DNA of 64,000 nt from Veleropilina oligotropha. Lineage: Eukaryota. Numbering within the stretch: the stretch's first letter is position 1; each line of letters begins with the position of its first letter. Below are positions 1 through 12,797 of this stretch, one piece after another. The notes beneath the pieces are model-generated. The model was not told the origin of the DNA. It searched no databases and saw nothing but the letters and a program-made list of their open reading frames with translations. The stretch covers positions 62,001-126,000 of the forward strand of contig JBEUKZ010000085.1 of assembly GCA_048128005.1 (NCBI GenBank). The letters run 5' to 3'. Made by a program: the position numbers and the translations under genes.

Positions 1-1098
1 CTGTCTTTATTACAGAGCTTCTAAAATATCATTTTCCATGACTTTTTCCATGACCATGTAAAATAAGTAGGCATTTTCCAGGCCTGGATTTTTAAATATC
101 AAATTCCATGACTTTTCCAGGTTTCCATGACCCATACAAACCCTGCTGAAATGGCCTTGCATGGTCTCTAAGAGGGAAAAGTATACAATTTGTGCTTCGT
201 TGAATTGTAAAAGTTGATGGGGAGGATAACCCGCCCAAGAGGAGTTCTTCACAGGGGTTCATGAACTTGTCTCTCTACAGTTATATAATATTGGCACAGT
301 CAACATTGTAGCTATTGATAGACAAACGTATGTAGACATATATATTGCACCGACATATGTAGCGCAAGATGGAGAAAAATAATTGATACGTGTAGCCTTG
401 TATGTCAAGGAAACGGCTGACATTTTTTTTTATTAGATTTGCTAAAAGAAAATGAGGAATGCTAAAGAAAAAATAGACCATTAGCAAGTTTTGCTAAAGG
501 AAACTAGAAAATGCTAAAGAAAAAATTGTGCCTTAGCAAATTTTGTAACAGAAAATTTGGGGCAAGTGTGAGCACAGGCTTAGTACAATGATGTGATATG
601 AATCAATTTAATTTCACGATCATATTTTGAATTTTTTAAGTTGTATCTGTAGTTAGAACCTACATGTAGGTTTAATGTCTCCATTAGAAGGGCGGGTAAG
701 AGGTTTTTAAGCTATCCCTTCTATTAGTTTAAGCGTAATAACAAGTCATGACATACTTAGTCGAACCCGCATCCTATCATACCACTTCAAGCTCTTCCGA
801 CGCTCTATCCTACCAGCATAGTACACAAAAACACCAGGACACGCATAGAAGTGTAGACACTAATTTAATCAATGAGTACAGTTACAAAATTACATACAAT
901 GGACATGTAGAGAAATTTAAAATCAAAACCTGCAAGCTTGGTCACCGACGCAGTCATGTTAGACAGATGCATTAATTTACAATATTAATTTATATATTTA
1001 TAGTCCGCTTATCCTTCCCGCCGCTTACTTTCAGAGTCCACAGTTTTACCATCATTGTTTAAATAATTAACACTCAATAAGATAACGGTTGGCTGGTG

Positions 1099-1281
1099 TT
1101 ATTGATGGGCGCACTGCACGCGCGGCCCGTGGTGATCATCATCGTCGTCTTCATCTTCGTCGTACACTTCGCCGCGGCGACCGCTGTGGGTGGCGTCCAC
1201 CTCCATCAGCTCAACCTCCTCAACGTGCTCACCCTCCGGGATCTCGAAGTGGGGCCGCGGGGGGAGCAGTCTCTCCAGGGC
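1099..1281 (-). CDS. DNAJA2: DNAJA2-like exon 10 (last coding exon)
   Basis: ALERLLPPRP...VQCAHQ*; the CaaX motif CAHQ is as in DNAJA2. Confidence 0.93.
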   Translation of the reverse strand, partial: ALERLLPPRPHFEIPEGEHVEEVELMEVDATHSGRRGEVYDEDEDDDDDHHGPRVQCAHQ

Positions 1282-1324
1282 CTGAAAAGGAAAGAAAAGG
1301 ATCCTGTATATTTTCAACCATCAT

Positions 1325-1583
1325 TAGATTCATAGAAGCAGGAGGAAAGCCCGGTTGCGCGAGGAAAGCCCGGTTGCGCGGGGAAATATTAGGACATGTC
1401 GATACGATCACAGGAGAAAACACGGTCACCTGAAAAATCTGCTCATGCCGCCCAGTCATGGACAACAGTGACCGTTCATTGAACAAAGTGCCCCGCTGAG
1501 GATTCGAACCCACTCCAGTCAATCAGAGCAGTCAAGCGAGTGGATTGGGAGCCAGGCTCTTATCCACTACACCACGGGGCGGC
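1325..1583 (-). mobile_element. tRNA-derived SINE (family A)
   Basis: Minus strand GCCGCCCCGTGTGGTAGTGG (A-box-like) ... GGTTCGAATCC (B box). Related pieces at about 2330-3003, 7770-7940 and 49730-49935. Confidence 0.7.
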
Positions 1584-1584
1584 A

Positions 1585-2231
1585 GCTTGGATGCGTGACC
1601 ATGCGAGTACTAATGTCAACAAACTACGCCTGAGCAGATAAAGATGGCTGCTGGATGGGTGACCATGCGAGTACTAATGTCAACAAACTACGCCTGAGCA
1701 GATAAAGATGGCTGCTGGATGGGTGACCAGGCGAGTACTAATGTCAACAAACTATGCCTGAGCAGATAAAGACGGCTGCTGGATGGGTGACCAGGCGAGT
1801 ACTAATGTCAACAAACTACGCCTGAGCACATAAAGATGGCTGCTGGATGGGTGACCATGCGAGTACTAATGTCAACAAACTACGCCTGAGCAGATAAAGA
1901 CGGCTGCTGGATGGGTGACCATGCGAGTACTAATGTCAACAAACTACGCCTGAGCAGATAAAGACGGCTGCTGGATGGGTGACCATGCGAGTACCAATGT
2001 CAACAAACTACGCCTGAGCAGATAAAGACGGCTGCTGGATGGGTGACCATGCGAGTACCAATGTCAACAAACTACGCCTGAGCAGATAAAGACGGCTGCT
2101 GGATGGGTGACCAGGCGAGTACTCATGTCAACAAACTACGCCTGAGCAGATAAAGATGGCTGCTGGATGGGTGACCATGCGAGTACTAATGTCAACAAAC
2201 TACGCCTGAGCAGATAAAGATGGCCGCTGGA
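1585..2231. repeat. 64-bp minisatellite, about 10 copies
   Basis: Unit ggctgctggatgggtgaccatgcgagtactaatgtcaacaaactacgcctgagcagataaagat; near-identical copies, no spacers. Confidence 0.95.
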
Positions 2232-2472
2232 TTTTGTTTATATTATTGAATATTGTCAAATTATGACTATGATTATAAACATATTGAATTATGTTTTCCT
2301 AAACTATAGAAATGATTTATGCTTAATGTCCTGCATTTGTACAACCACCAGGTTCAAGTCAGGACATGTCCATATTATCGCGGGAGGAAGTCCTGGTCGC
2401 CCGGGGGTAACCCACCCTCTCCGGCCAACTTACGGACATTTACTGATTGATAACTGAACAATTCATTCAAAT

Positions 2473-2905
2473 GAGACTATTGCCTGTAAATGCGCTCATT
2501 TTGTGACTGTGTAGCATTACTAATCACCCACTATCGTACGGTTCGTGCAGATTGATACAAATTCCGCGAAGATATGATCAAATGATAGATTTTTATTGAA
2601 ATTATTAATGTAACTGGGCAATATATATTATTGTCAAATAGAAAGATATCTTACTTGATGAGCAGAAACCTACGCAACGTGGCTCCAACTTGATAAATTG
2701 GAAATGTCACTCATTGCGAGATAATTAAACGCGGACCACGTTTAATTATTTTTAAATCTTCAGTAGCAATTAATTTAAACGGTAGCAAATAACTGACGAA
2801 AGTGGAGTGTTGAAAATTCCTAACTTTTTATGTTATAAACAAAAAGTCTAATGCGGTTAGTTTTCTTTTCAAAGAAAAAAGAGCGCATTTACGGGCAATA
2901 GTCTC
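2473..2905. mobile_element. MITE inserted into a SINE
   Basis: 25-bp TIR gagactattgcctgtaaatgcgctc / gagcgcatttacgggcaatagtctc; SINE body to the left and SINE head to the right. Confidence 0.75.
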
Positions 2906-3359
2906 TTCAAGGCGAGATTCGAACCCACTCATCAGGGTCACAGCAATCGAGCCAGTGATTTCAGAGTCGGCACTCGATACCACATGGCAACCGGGACGGC
3001 CACAATAGAAAGGATCCCCGCTAAATCTTCAAAGTAATGATATAACCACTTGTAAATCTATATATAGGCAATTTGCAACAAAACAACATTCAATGGAATT
3101 TGATCGGCGCTGGTGTCCAAGTTGACACCCTTAGGGTCATATCAGGGGGGACCTGTTCATATTATCGCAGGAGGAAAGCTCGGTAGCTCGGGAAATCCTG
3201 TTCCTCCATCCAGTTCTTGACCACTGTCCTGTTAACTCTGCAAAATATCTGAGCCGAAGATTTCAACCAACTCTTGTGAAGACAACGCATTACGTACATA
3301 GAAATTTGAAGCAATGCTTAAACCCACACACTTCTTTTGAGCAGGACGTATTAACTTAC

Positions 3360-3487
3360 TAGTAGTTCATCGGTGGATGCAAAGTTGTTGGCTGGAAAAT
3401 TAATGTCAAATTTGATGTAGAGTAGTCCTTTGTCGAAAGGATGCTTGTACATTGGCATTCCTTCGCTTAATACAGTCCGTACAGAGC
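3360..3487 (-). CDS. DNAJA2: DNAJA2-like exon 9
   Basis: SVRTVLSEGMPMYKHPFDKGLLYIKFDINFPANNFASTDELL; tag acceptor, gtaagt donor. Confidence 0.92.
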
Positions 3488-4801
3488 CTAAATGAATAAA
3501 ACAATAAAGTCACTCTCAATCGTGTTGTCATCAAGCATGCAAGGTCAATACAATATTTCACACTTCCTAATAATATTACTACGCTCACTATCAGTGTTGC
3601 CAACACTCGCCCATGTGATTCCTGGAATTGTAAGTCAACAGTTGTGCGTTGGGGACCATGGTTCCCCAATGCACAAGAAAATTTTGGATTCACTCCTACG
3701 AAATGGCCTCTCCTGCGCTCTAAGCGTTTTATTGAATGTGAATTTCTTTAGTTTTGCGTCCATGTTTTCACAATTTTTCAGTCTGTCCGTCGCAACGGGA
3801 ACAAGTAAAATTACTCTAAAGTAGCTTACAAAGTAGTATTTTTAATAACATACATTACAACCTTGTCTATACTTTCCTAGGTAATCCGTTTTCATTGGTA
3901 TATTTAAAATAATTACTTCAGAAACGACACTCAAAAGCTCAAACTGGTCGTATATTTATAAACTGGGCACATGCTTATCACGTAGTAATATTGGGACTAT
4001 TTTCTCAAAATTATGGGATATCCAGACATAGTCCCCCAAAGGTAACGTGAGTGGAAATGTTCTTGTAATAAAAAGTACTTCTATTTCATCAAAAGCCCAG
4101 TTGATTGTCGTTTCCACGATAATTCCTGTCTGAATTACAGTAAATATGAAAGCTGAAAGCATTTGCATGAATGAAAGTCAGCAGCGTTGCTAGCAGACGA
4201 TGGTAGAGATCAGGGTCATGCGAGTTCATAACAAGAGTTACGAAAGTTGGCTTGTTAAAATGGCAATGAGCTGGAGGATGCGGGCCAGGATTTGAACTTA
4301 TTTTATCATTAATGTACGTCCCTGGAGAAAATTTGCGTTATATCAATTACCCGGAAAAAATATCGGCAACTTCAAATATCCGGAAATCCGTGAATTCCCG
4401 GAAGACTGGCACCACTGCACTATACCATGCACTCTGGAATTTTTTTTTTACAGCATATCTTACGGTTAGTTCTCATCCTTTTTTAAAATATTTTAGGCAT
4501 TACCATCCACTATTCCATATTTTAAATGCAAATATCCATGTTTTCCCTAGCGATCTAGTCAATAATTTGTAGCAAAAGACAAACTTAAGTGATAATTTTG
4601 ACACCGTTCTGCCAACAGTGGAGACACAATTTATTAGTCCCAGTTGACCATAAAACAACTAAACAGATGATTATTCTGTCTTCTGTAATGAATTAACCAT
4701 GATCCTGATGAAACAGTGGACGGTGGATATGCTTCACAAAAATCTGTCTGTCTAAACATAAAAAGAAACTTCAATTTAAGTCAAATCTAAGGTATCAAAC
4801 A

Positions 4802-5914
4802 CAGTGTTTGTAACATTGACAACATAAATATCCTACTTTTCACCGCGGGGCCCATGGTTCCCCGCGGTGAAGGAAATTTTGACAAATATACCTTATAAAA
4901 TGGTGTTTCCTGGCACTTCAGACATATTTCACTCAAATACTTAGTATAAAATTTTATATATTTTACAAGGTTAGCACATGCACATTAAAGTTTTTCAATT
5001 AAATGGTTCATTTCTGCTGTTTTCTTACCAAAACGCAGTAATAAATGTAATGCTCACAACTTCTGCAACCAAGCTCAACTCGGTATTGATATGTTTGTAC
5101 AATTATTGCGACACCACACATCAAAATTTAATTGTAAAGTGCCTTTTCACCCTCTTTAATGCATATATTTGACATACAAAACACACCAGTTACGTTAAAT
5201 GAGTCTTTTTCACAATCCAATCACCATACAAACCACCATTTGGGTCGACCGTCTTCAATAAGTCAGCGCTGGTGTGTAAACCCATTTTTACAGTTTACTT
5301 CAGCTTTCAAATTCGCGCATGGCCCTATCACGCGAGAGTGTGTTAAATAAATTATTTTTTTAAATTTTGACTTATGATTGTACATTATTTTATTTCATGT
5401 GAGAGACGATGCTTTATAATCATAAATAAAGTTTTCGATAACGGAATAATTTGATGCTACATTGAATCGCCGAACTTTCACTCCAGCTTAAAATAGCGTG
5501 CTGTCAGGGGAGGTAACCACAAAAGCACCCTTCCCCGAGCATTGTTTCAATGGTAATGAATTGATTACGGAAGTAAACGAGCTGACAAAGATTCATCGGG
5601 AAAAGACGGACAATATAAACAAAAAGCATCGGGAAATTGTACGGCAGAAGCCTTGTACAAATCGGCCCTTGTACGATGTCAGAAAATCAAGTTTGATTAA
5701 ATATCAGGAACACAATTATCGTAATATTTGGCATATGGAAGGTACGGAGTATTTACGTACTAGTATTTGTATTTTAATTGTAATAATTTTAAAGTTAGTG
5801 GGAAATGTATCAAATCCCGACGCATAAGATGCAAAATCACGCAAATCCGACGATATCCGACAAAATTGTCCGAATCCGATTTTTGTCGGAAAACCCGACG
5901 AGTTACAAACACTG
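4802..5914. mobile_element. Non-autonomous TIR DNA transposon remnant
   Basis: TIR cagtgtttgtaac / gttacaaacactg with flanking direct repeat caaaca (4796-4801, 5915-5920). Confidence 0.6.
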
Positions 5915-6219
5915 CAAACAGCTAAATGTATAACGTCTTCAGTGTGATTCTCATGTGTGAGGAATCTGAACAAAATCCTGTTTAAAGATGCTGAACAAGA
6001 ATCAGTCCCGTAAAATGGGATTTAACGCCATTTAATCTGGATGATTTTGTGTACATAATTGGAGATTTATATCACGCTACATCCATATATATGCTCGCAT
6101 ACACTGTCACAATTTATTATCCCTGGTTTTTATCGACCTGTTCTGATCATGGATCCATCTCCACTCTCTTTGAGAGGATTACAGTCAAGCAGCCACTAGC
6201 GAGCACTACGTCTGATTAA

Positions 6220-6747
6220 GGCCGTGTTCCCACCGAGTTGTAACTTATGCAACTCACCTTTGCAACTCGGTGCGAACACGCTCAAACGGTTAATCGGAGC
6301 AAAGTATGAACCTCCAAAAATACACAGTTCAAAAGTTAAGCCGATCGATGCAACTCTGTGTGAACACTTGGTTGTCTTAAAACGACGCATGGTGGCTCTC
6401 CAAATCTTGTGAGAATTGGATCTGTCCTTTCGACTCCAATAGATGTCGCCGTTGTCCACTGAGATTTTGTTGCAGATTATAGTAATTAGAATATTAGTAA
6501 GATTAAAGTGTTTAATTTGTGTTTGGTGTAAAACGTTAACCAACATAATGACAAATGATATGATATCCGCCATTTTAGATATCGCAAGCTATTACGTGAC
6601 TGAGAGTGTCGCCATCTGTTATCTAATCCATAACACTAACCGGCAAGTTGCCAACAACTTGATCCAACCATTACAACTTTTGGTGAGAACAGCTGCATTG
6701 GATTAAATTTTTACCGATGTATAAGTTCAAACTCGGTGGGAACACGA
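6220..6747. mobile_element. MITE splitting a family-B SINE
   Basis: TIR gccgtgttcccaccgagtt / aactcggtgggaacacgac; SINE head at about 6760-6888 (-) and 3' part at about 6090-6200. Confidence 0.65.
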
Positions 6748-7230
6748 CAACCACGTACCACTTAAGTCGACTGGGTGAACAGAGGCACATATATGCTTAT
6801 TCCTTGCCCAAGGGAATGCACCGCGACGGTTATTGAACACGAAACCTCTCGGTGAGAGGTCCGTGCTCTACCACTGAGCCACGGCGGCATTTATATGTTC
6901 TTTGCATAAAGTTATGATAGTTTAGAGATTATCATATCAATAAATAAACTAAGATATATTAATAAATATTGTAAATATCTATATTGAATAAAAATGGTGC
7001 ACCTTTATTCATTAGCGACATTTACAATGTTTATTACTATATCTTAAATTTTACTTCTAGATACGATATTAAATCTCTAAACTATCATAACTCTATGCTA
7101 AGAAATTGTACATAAATTGTCGTATTAAATCGCGTTAAATTCAATTTTTTACGGGGCAGATTCAGGTTCATCACCTTTAATGATAGGTAAAAGTAACTAG
7201 TCTTTGTGAAACTGAGTTTGACTACCGCAC

Positions 7231-7429
7231 CTGGATGAATAACCTGTCCCGGGGCGGATTTTATGAGGAGCTCACGGCCGTCCAGGTGTTTGAGAGCGAT
7301 GTCGAACCCACACAGCGCCTCGGTCAAGCTAAGCTTATATTCACAACAAAGATTGTCCCCTTGGCGCGTAAATTTTTCATGTTCTTTTAATTTCAGTATG
7401 ATGATAACATCTCCGGGCTCTACATCCGG
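7231..7429 (-). CDS. DNAJA2: DNAJA2-like exon 8
   Basis: PDVEPGDVIIILKLKEHEKFTRQGDNLCCEYKLSLTEALCGFDIALKHLDGRELLIKSAPGQVIHPG (DnaJ C-terminal domain). Confidence 0.92.
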
Positions 7430-8166
7430 CTACAAAGATAGGTAATAATGTTAAAGTTAGTGTGTCACCACGGCAACATGTTACATAGAAAAGTAGATGT
7501 AGACATTCAGTTTTCAAAACCACAATGTATCTAAGATAAGATAGAGTTCTAAAATGAAAATCAATGACCAGTGAATTTACTTGGTTAATTGAAGACCAAA
7601 TAGTTAATACTACTTTTCAACCAACATAAAGCAAGCTGAATTTTGTTCAATAAAACCCAAATTTCCTTATTTTTTAACATTAAAGATAACATTTAATAGT
7701 GATTGACTTGGATAGATGTTTATACATGTCCTGTTTTTCACAATCTTCATGCCAGAGCAAATCCATATTATCGTTGGACAATAGACCAGTGGCACAGGAA
7801 ACTGGTCAACACAAGCTAGTAATACGCAACTGTGACTGATCACAGCGCCCCACCAAGGATTCGAACTCAGTCTTGTTAGACAGAGCAGTCAAGGGAGGGA
7901 ATTCACATTCCGCACGTTTATCGACTCTGCTAACGGTGCACACAACATAACGACTCCTCGCTCTGTGCCTGATATCATATATAAAGTAAACGATTTACAT
8001 ATGGCCTCCCTTGCAGTCATTATGGTACAATCCTTCATTATATTATTATATTCTAAACCCCTGGCTGCAATAATGTATGACCACTTAAGAGTCTAAACCC
8101 CTTACTGTAATAATGTACGACCACTTAGTCTAAACCCCTTGCTGTAATAATGGTACAACCACTTAC

Positions 8167-8309
8167 AGTCTGATCACCCTCTCCGCGGAATGGAATCTTC
8201 TGCCCGTCCTTCATACCCTTGTCGATGTGAACCTCGAGCAGTTTGGTCTCGTTTGTCACCTTCTTGCCGCGACACTCTTTGCATCTGTCACGATCGTTTA
8301 TCATTTCAC
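8167..8309 (-). CDS. DNAJA2: DNAJA2-like exon 7
   Basis: [47 protein letters not shown]; canonical sites. Confidence 0.93.
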
Positions 8310-8393
8310 CTGAAAAAGCAGTCATCGTCAAATGAATAATAATGAATTAGTCAATTAATGACCACACTAAAAATTTGTCATTGATAATCTGGT

Positions 8394-8627
8394 CAATCAG
8401 CATTCAGTGACGAAATGAATTATGTGGTGTGAAATGGAAGCAGAGGCAATTATGCAAATTATCCACATTACGGGGTGGGTTACCACCAGTAACCTCAGAT
8501 TTCGAATTTTCATTCAACACAGCTGAGGTTACTGGTTGTAACCCACCCCGTAATGTGGATAATTTGCATAATAGCCTCTGCTTCCATTTCACACCACATA
8601 ATTCATTTCGTCACTGAATGCTGATTG
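8394..8627. repeat. Near-perfect inverted repeat (foldback MITE-like)
   Basis: 105-bp arms 8394-8498 and 8523-8627 with about 2 mismatches and a 24-nt spacer; mirrored ORFs in the ORF track. Confidence 0.9.
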
Positions 8628-9129
8628 GTAGGTTTTTATTGAACATAATATTTTGTAAATTTGATACTGTGTAGCATAAAAACCTACCAGTCTCATATTT
8701 ATTGTAAATTGCTTGAAAAGCATATGTCAGACAATAATCATTGACTATTTTTTTAAATATTGGCTGCAGATAAATCGAAAATTGATATAAATCCACAAAT
8801 CTTGATTAAGTTTTGATCGCAACCATTTGGCATAACAAACCCATTTGGACATGCACATCAAAAGACGATACAAGTTCAGTAAGTATTACGAGTTCTGACA
8901 CAATATGAGTAGGTCGGCTGGAATCTGAACACACAATACATTATGTGCCTTGACGCTGACATACTGAAGACCGATAGTGATAAATAGACATCAACCCAGT
9001 TAAATAATTATATCCACCGTCAACGCGACACTCGGGGCATGATAATTATACCCACCTTCCCGTGACACTCTGGGCATGATAATTATACCCACCTTCCCGT
9101 GACACTCGGAGCATGATAATTATACCCAC

Positions 9130-9263
9130 CTTCCCCGTGACACTCTGGGCATATGCTCTGCATCTGTTGCACCATGCCCGGTCCCAGCTGGCGCATAGTG
9201 ACCTTGATCCCACGGCCTTGACATGTCCGGCATTTCTGCATCGCTCCTTGCTTGCCTCCAAGT
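9130..9263 (-). CDS. DNAJA2: DNAJA2-like exon 6
   Basis: LGGKQGAMQKCRTCQGRGIKVTMRQLGPGMVQQMQSICPECHGEG, zinc-finger repeats 2-3. Confidence 0.93.
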
Positions 9264-9376
9264 CTGTGAACGCAGAAATTGCCACATGTATAAAACAGTG
9301 TTATAGTGAATCATGAATCTGACATGTATCATATTGGTGGGTTTCTGAAAGTAATCTTCACACATAACATACTTAC

Positions 9377-9457
9377 CCTTTGCATTTCGTACAGATCACA
9401 GTTTTGCTCATTTGAAGTTTAGCTGTCTTCCCATTGTACAAATCCTCTAATGACACC
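9377..9457 (-). CDS. DNAJA2: DNAJA2-like exon 5
   Basis: VSLEDLYNGKTAKLQMSKTVICTKCKG, first CxxCxGxG zinc repeat; canonical sites. Confidence 0.93.
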
Positions 9458-10806
9458 CTGGTGAAACAAAATATAAGGGAAGTCAATAATACTCAAGCCA
9501 CATTGGAGAAAGATAATAATAGTTATTAACAGGGGTATCAAAATGATTTGAAGTACACGGCGCAAACAGTAAAGTAGGAGTCGCAAAAGCGACCATCATG
9601 ATTGTGCAATGCCCAACGTTCCCTGGTGGTCATGGTCAGTGACAATGTTAATTATGTACTATGCAGGTGGTTACGTGATTATGGAAACGTTTACATCAGA
9701 ATTTAAGTGTATTTCTTACTTTATTAGCAAGGTTCGGCGGATACCCCATGAATAAACATAATGATTCCAGTTGCAATATGGGTTTCATTTACTCAAAATA
9801 ATCAGAACATAAAAAGACGTTTTATATGAGCAAAATTCAAGACAGCTGACCAGCTCTCTTCAAGCAGCAAATATTCAGGGCTCACCGTGTAATTTTGTTT
9901 TATATATTTATAATATATAAAAATGTTGTCTATTAATATATAGATATTAAATAAATGTTCAGTTGCTGCTTACTGGTTGTTCAATTTATCTATTTTCATT
10001 TTATATTTATATTAAATTTTCTTTTGACCTCTCTCAGTGGTGTTTTGCTTTGGGTGACATATGCCAGGTGTTCTGTTTTCTCAACTCTGCTGAACACTGC
10101 TATTTATAAACACTGTCTTTGATGTCCGAGAGGAGATCTTCAACAAGTTAGCTGTTCCGTCCACTGACGTCACAACCACAATCGTTTCAAAAGCTGGGAA
10201 GAACCCAGACAGATAAACATGACTGTCGGCTGTGTATAATATATTGGCATTTGAAAGTAGCCGGCGCAAAAGTCAAAGTAGAGGGTGAATTACGCCGGGT
10301 GCCAGCATATTGTGAAACCCCAGAGCTAATATAAACCACTACATGCCTACATTGTGTATGTCGAATATTATCAAGTATCTAGAGTATGTAAATTCATTGT
10401 CAAATCAATAATTTCTGATGACTTGCTCATGACCAGCACGGTGCTGGATTGATTGTTCTGTAATGACAAATTCCAGGAATTAATATGTGAGATTTTCATC
10501 ACTTCATACGTTAATTTATTTATAGTGAGTTTTATCGAATTGTAATTGCATATATTATGCAAATCATGGGCCTAGTGAGGAATTCGAAAAGGGGGTTCGA
10601 AATATTCAAATTTACGTCTCCACTCAGAGCTAAATTTTGACAATGAACAGTGTCAAGCCCCTGTCTACTGCATTCTAACAGTGAAAATGCGATATATTTA
10701 AATTACCAAATTAAACACTAACTTGACGTGGACATCTACTCTGGCAGACAGGTTCAACAAATGACCATAGCTGTTCATGTGGATAATAAACGCAGATCTA
10801 ACTCAC

Positions 10807-10948
10807 TTGAGTGGGTGGATGGTCTCCTCCCCCTTCCTGCGGCCTCGTCGCGCGCCACCCCCAAATCCGCCGCCACCAAAGCCACCACCGCCCATGCCTC
10901 CGAAGATGCCTCCAAACAGGTCTCCGAACGGAAAGTCCGCAAAACCAC
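10807..10948 (-). CDS. DNAJA2: DNAJA2-like exon 4 (G/F-rich region)
   Basis: GGFADFPFGDLFGGIFGGMGGGGFGGGGFGGGARRGRRKGEETIHPLK; canonical splice sites, phase 1/2. Confidence 0.92.
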
Positions 10949-11608
10949 CTGCATCAAATTACCACAATTAAGTGTCCATTAAACAATTTTGATGACAAGT
11001 CAAACTTCCAATATTAATCAACAAGGTAATCATGAAAATGTTTTTGTCAAATTACAAAATAAAATGCAATGTAATGCATAAGTATTAACTATAGTATACC
11101 ATATTCTTTACTATTATATATACATATATACTCACTCGGCACAATTCATTTAGTTACATGTCTTAGTTATGAGGAATTATCTCTTGTAACACCATAATAT
11201 TTTATAAACATAGACAAACAATCAGCAAAATACTACGTGACATTTACACTGCATACAAGCAATCACCTATCATGCCTCTTACAGTATGGAGGGAATCCAA
11301 CATCGTTTCTCAAATATTTCATAAAGAAAGAAAAGTGCAAATGCTGATTACACTGTGGGATATTCATAAAAGCTCAAGATATCTGGTACAACCAAGTGAC
11401 TGGGCAGGATCGTAATCCTAGAGCTGCAATTGCAACTGCTTAAAAGTGGAACCTGGCAAACTTTCAAAAGTTTACCTTGGATTCATTTAGACATCTAAAA
11501 TAGGTATATATGTCTAATATCTGCAATGTTTATGGACCGGTATGTTATTTTATGCATAGTGATGCACTATTATTATACACTACCCCCACCCCAACCATCA
11601 TAACCGTG

Positions 11609-12112
11609 CAGGGTTAGCTCTGCCATGCACCAAATTCGCCAAAGGCGAATTTAGCTGAACTTTGGCGAATAAAAAATGTGGTTGGCGAATTTATTATTTA
11701 TTAGTTTCTCTAAATAAAACATTATCAAAACGAATGGAAGAAATAGAGTGAACATAAAAACATTAGAACACCTGATGAAAATTTCATTAAATGATGACCC
11801 TGTCGATCTTGAATATTCTTTTTAGAAGTGGTCAACCACGAAGATTTCTCAAGCCAAGATATTGGTGTTAGTTTGATGATGTGTAATATTGCAAAACTTT
11901 CATACCACAAAAAGTGATTTTAAAAGTTATAACAACCTTTGACAAATGATCCTCATATTCAATGATCCTCATATTCAATGATCCTCATATTCAATTGAAA
12001 ACTACTGCAAATATGGACAACAATACACTTGGCGAAAATAAGAATATCAATTGGCAAATAAAAAATGGCGAATAAATTGGCGAGTTTGATTCCGAAGCCA
12101 GGGCTAACACTG
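11609..12112. mobile_element. hAT-like MITE
   Basis: Ends cagggttagctctg / cagggctaacactg with internal tggcgaa subterminal repeats; TSD not resolved. Confidence 0.55.
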
Positions 12113-12251
12113 TTTAAACGCACTCACCACCACCCCCCAGCTATCAAGACGCACTCACCACCACCCCCCAGCTATCAAGACGCACTCACCGCCACCCCCC
12201 AGCTATCAAGACGCACTCACCACCACCCCCCAGCTATCAAGACGCACTCAC

Positions 12252-12357
12252 CGCCACCCCCTGCTCCCTCCTTAAGTCCCTGCAAGCCATATCGGTCGTA
12301 GGTCTGCCGCTTGTCAGTGTTCGATAACACCTCATAGGCAAAGCTGATCTCCTTAAA
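12252..12357 (-). CDS. DNAJA2: DNAJA2-like exon 3
   Basis: FKEISFAYEVLSNTDKRQTYDRYGLQGLKEGAGGG (end of J domain); cag acceptor, gtgagt donor. Confidence 0.93.
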
Positions 12358-12797
12358 CTGGAAAAGACAGCAATATTGTTTAGTTACTTCCATGTTATAA
12401 CTTATATTATTAAAGAACTAGAAATATATGTTCCCAGGAACATGGAATGCCCCCGGTATAAGCTTGCCAAGTGATATGAATTTTGGTTGTCTATATGACT
12501 AATAGGGAGAAATGTAACTGTACTTATTAACGTATAAGCAAAAATTAAAATTTCCATTCAATATTCGAACTCATGACAGTTCAAACTTATATCTGTTAGC
12601 AAACAAAAGCAGAAGGAAGTGGTTTGAGATCAACTTCCAAAAAATAAGTGACTTCCTTATATATAAATTATGCTCCATAGGCTAAGTCCAAAAACCCAAT
12701 AAAACATGGAATAAATTTATAAAATTGTTCAATATTCGAACTCATGACAGTTCAAACTTATATCTGTTAGTAAACAAAAGCTGAAGGAAGTGGTTTA

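Noticed and set aside
1490..1583. tRNA genes at A/B-box sites (also about 6830-6888, 47310-47380, 62430-62500)
   Set aside because: No complete cloverleaf; each continues into a SINE body.
1585..2231. CRISPR-like regular repeats
   Set aside because: Units are contiguous with no unique spacers, there are no cas genes, and the context is a eukaryotic intron.
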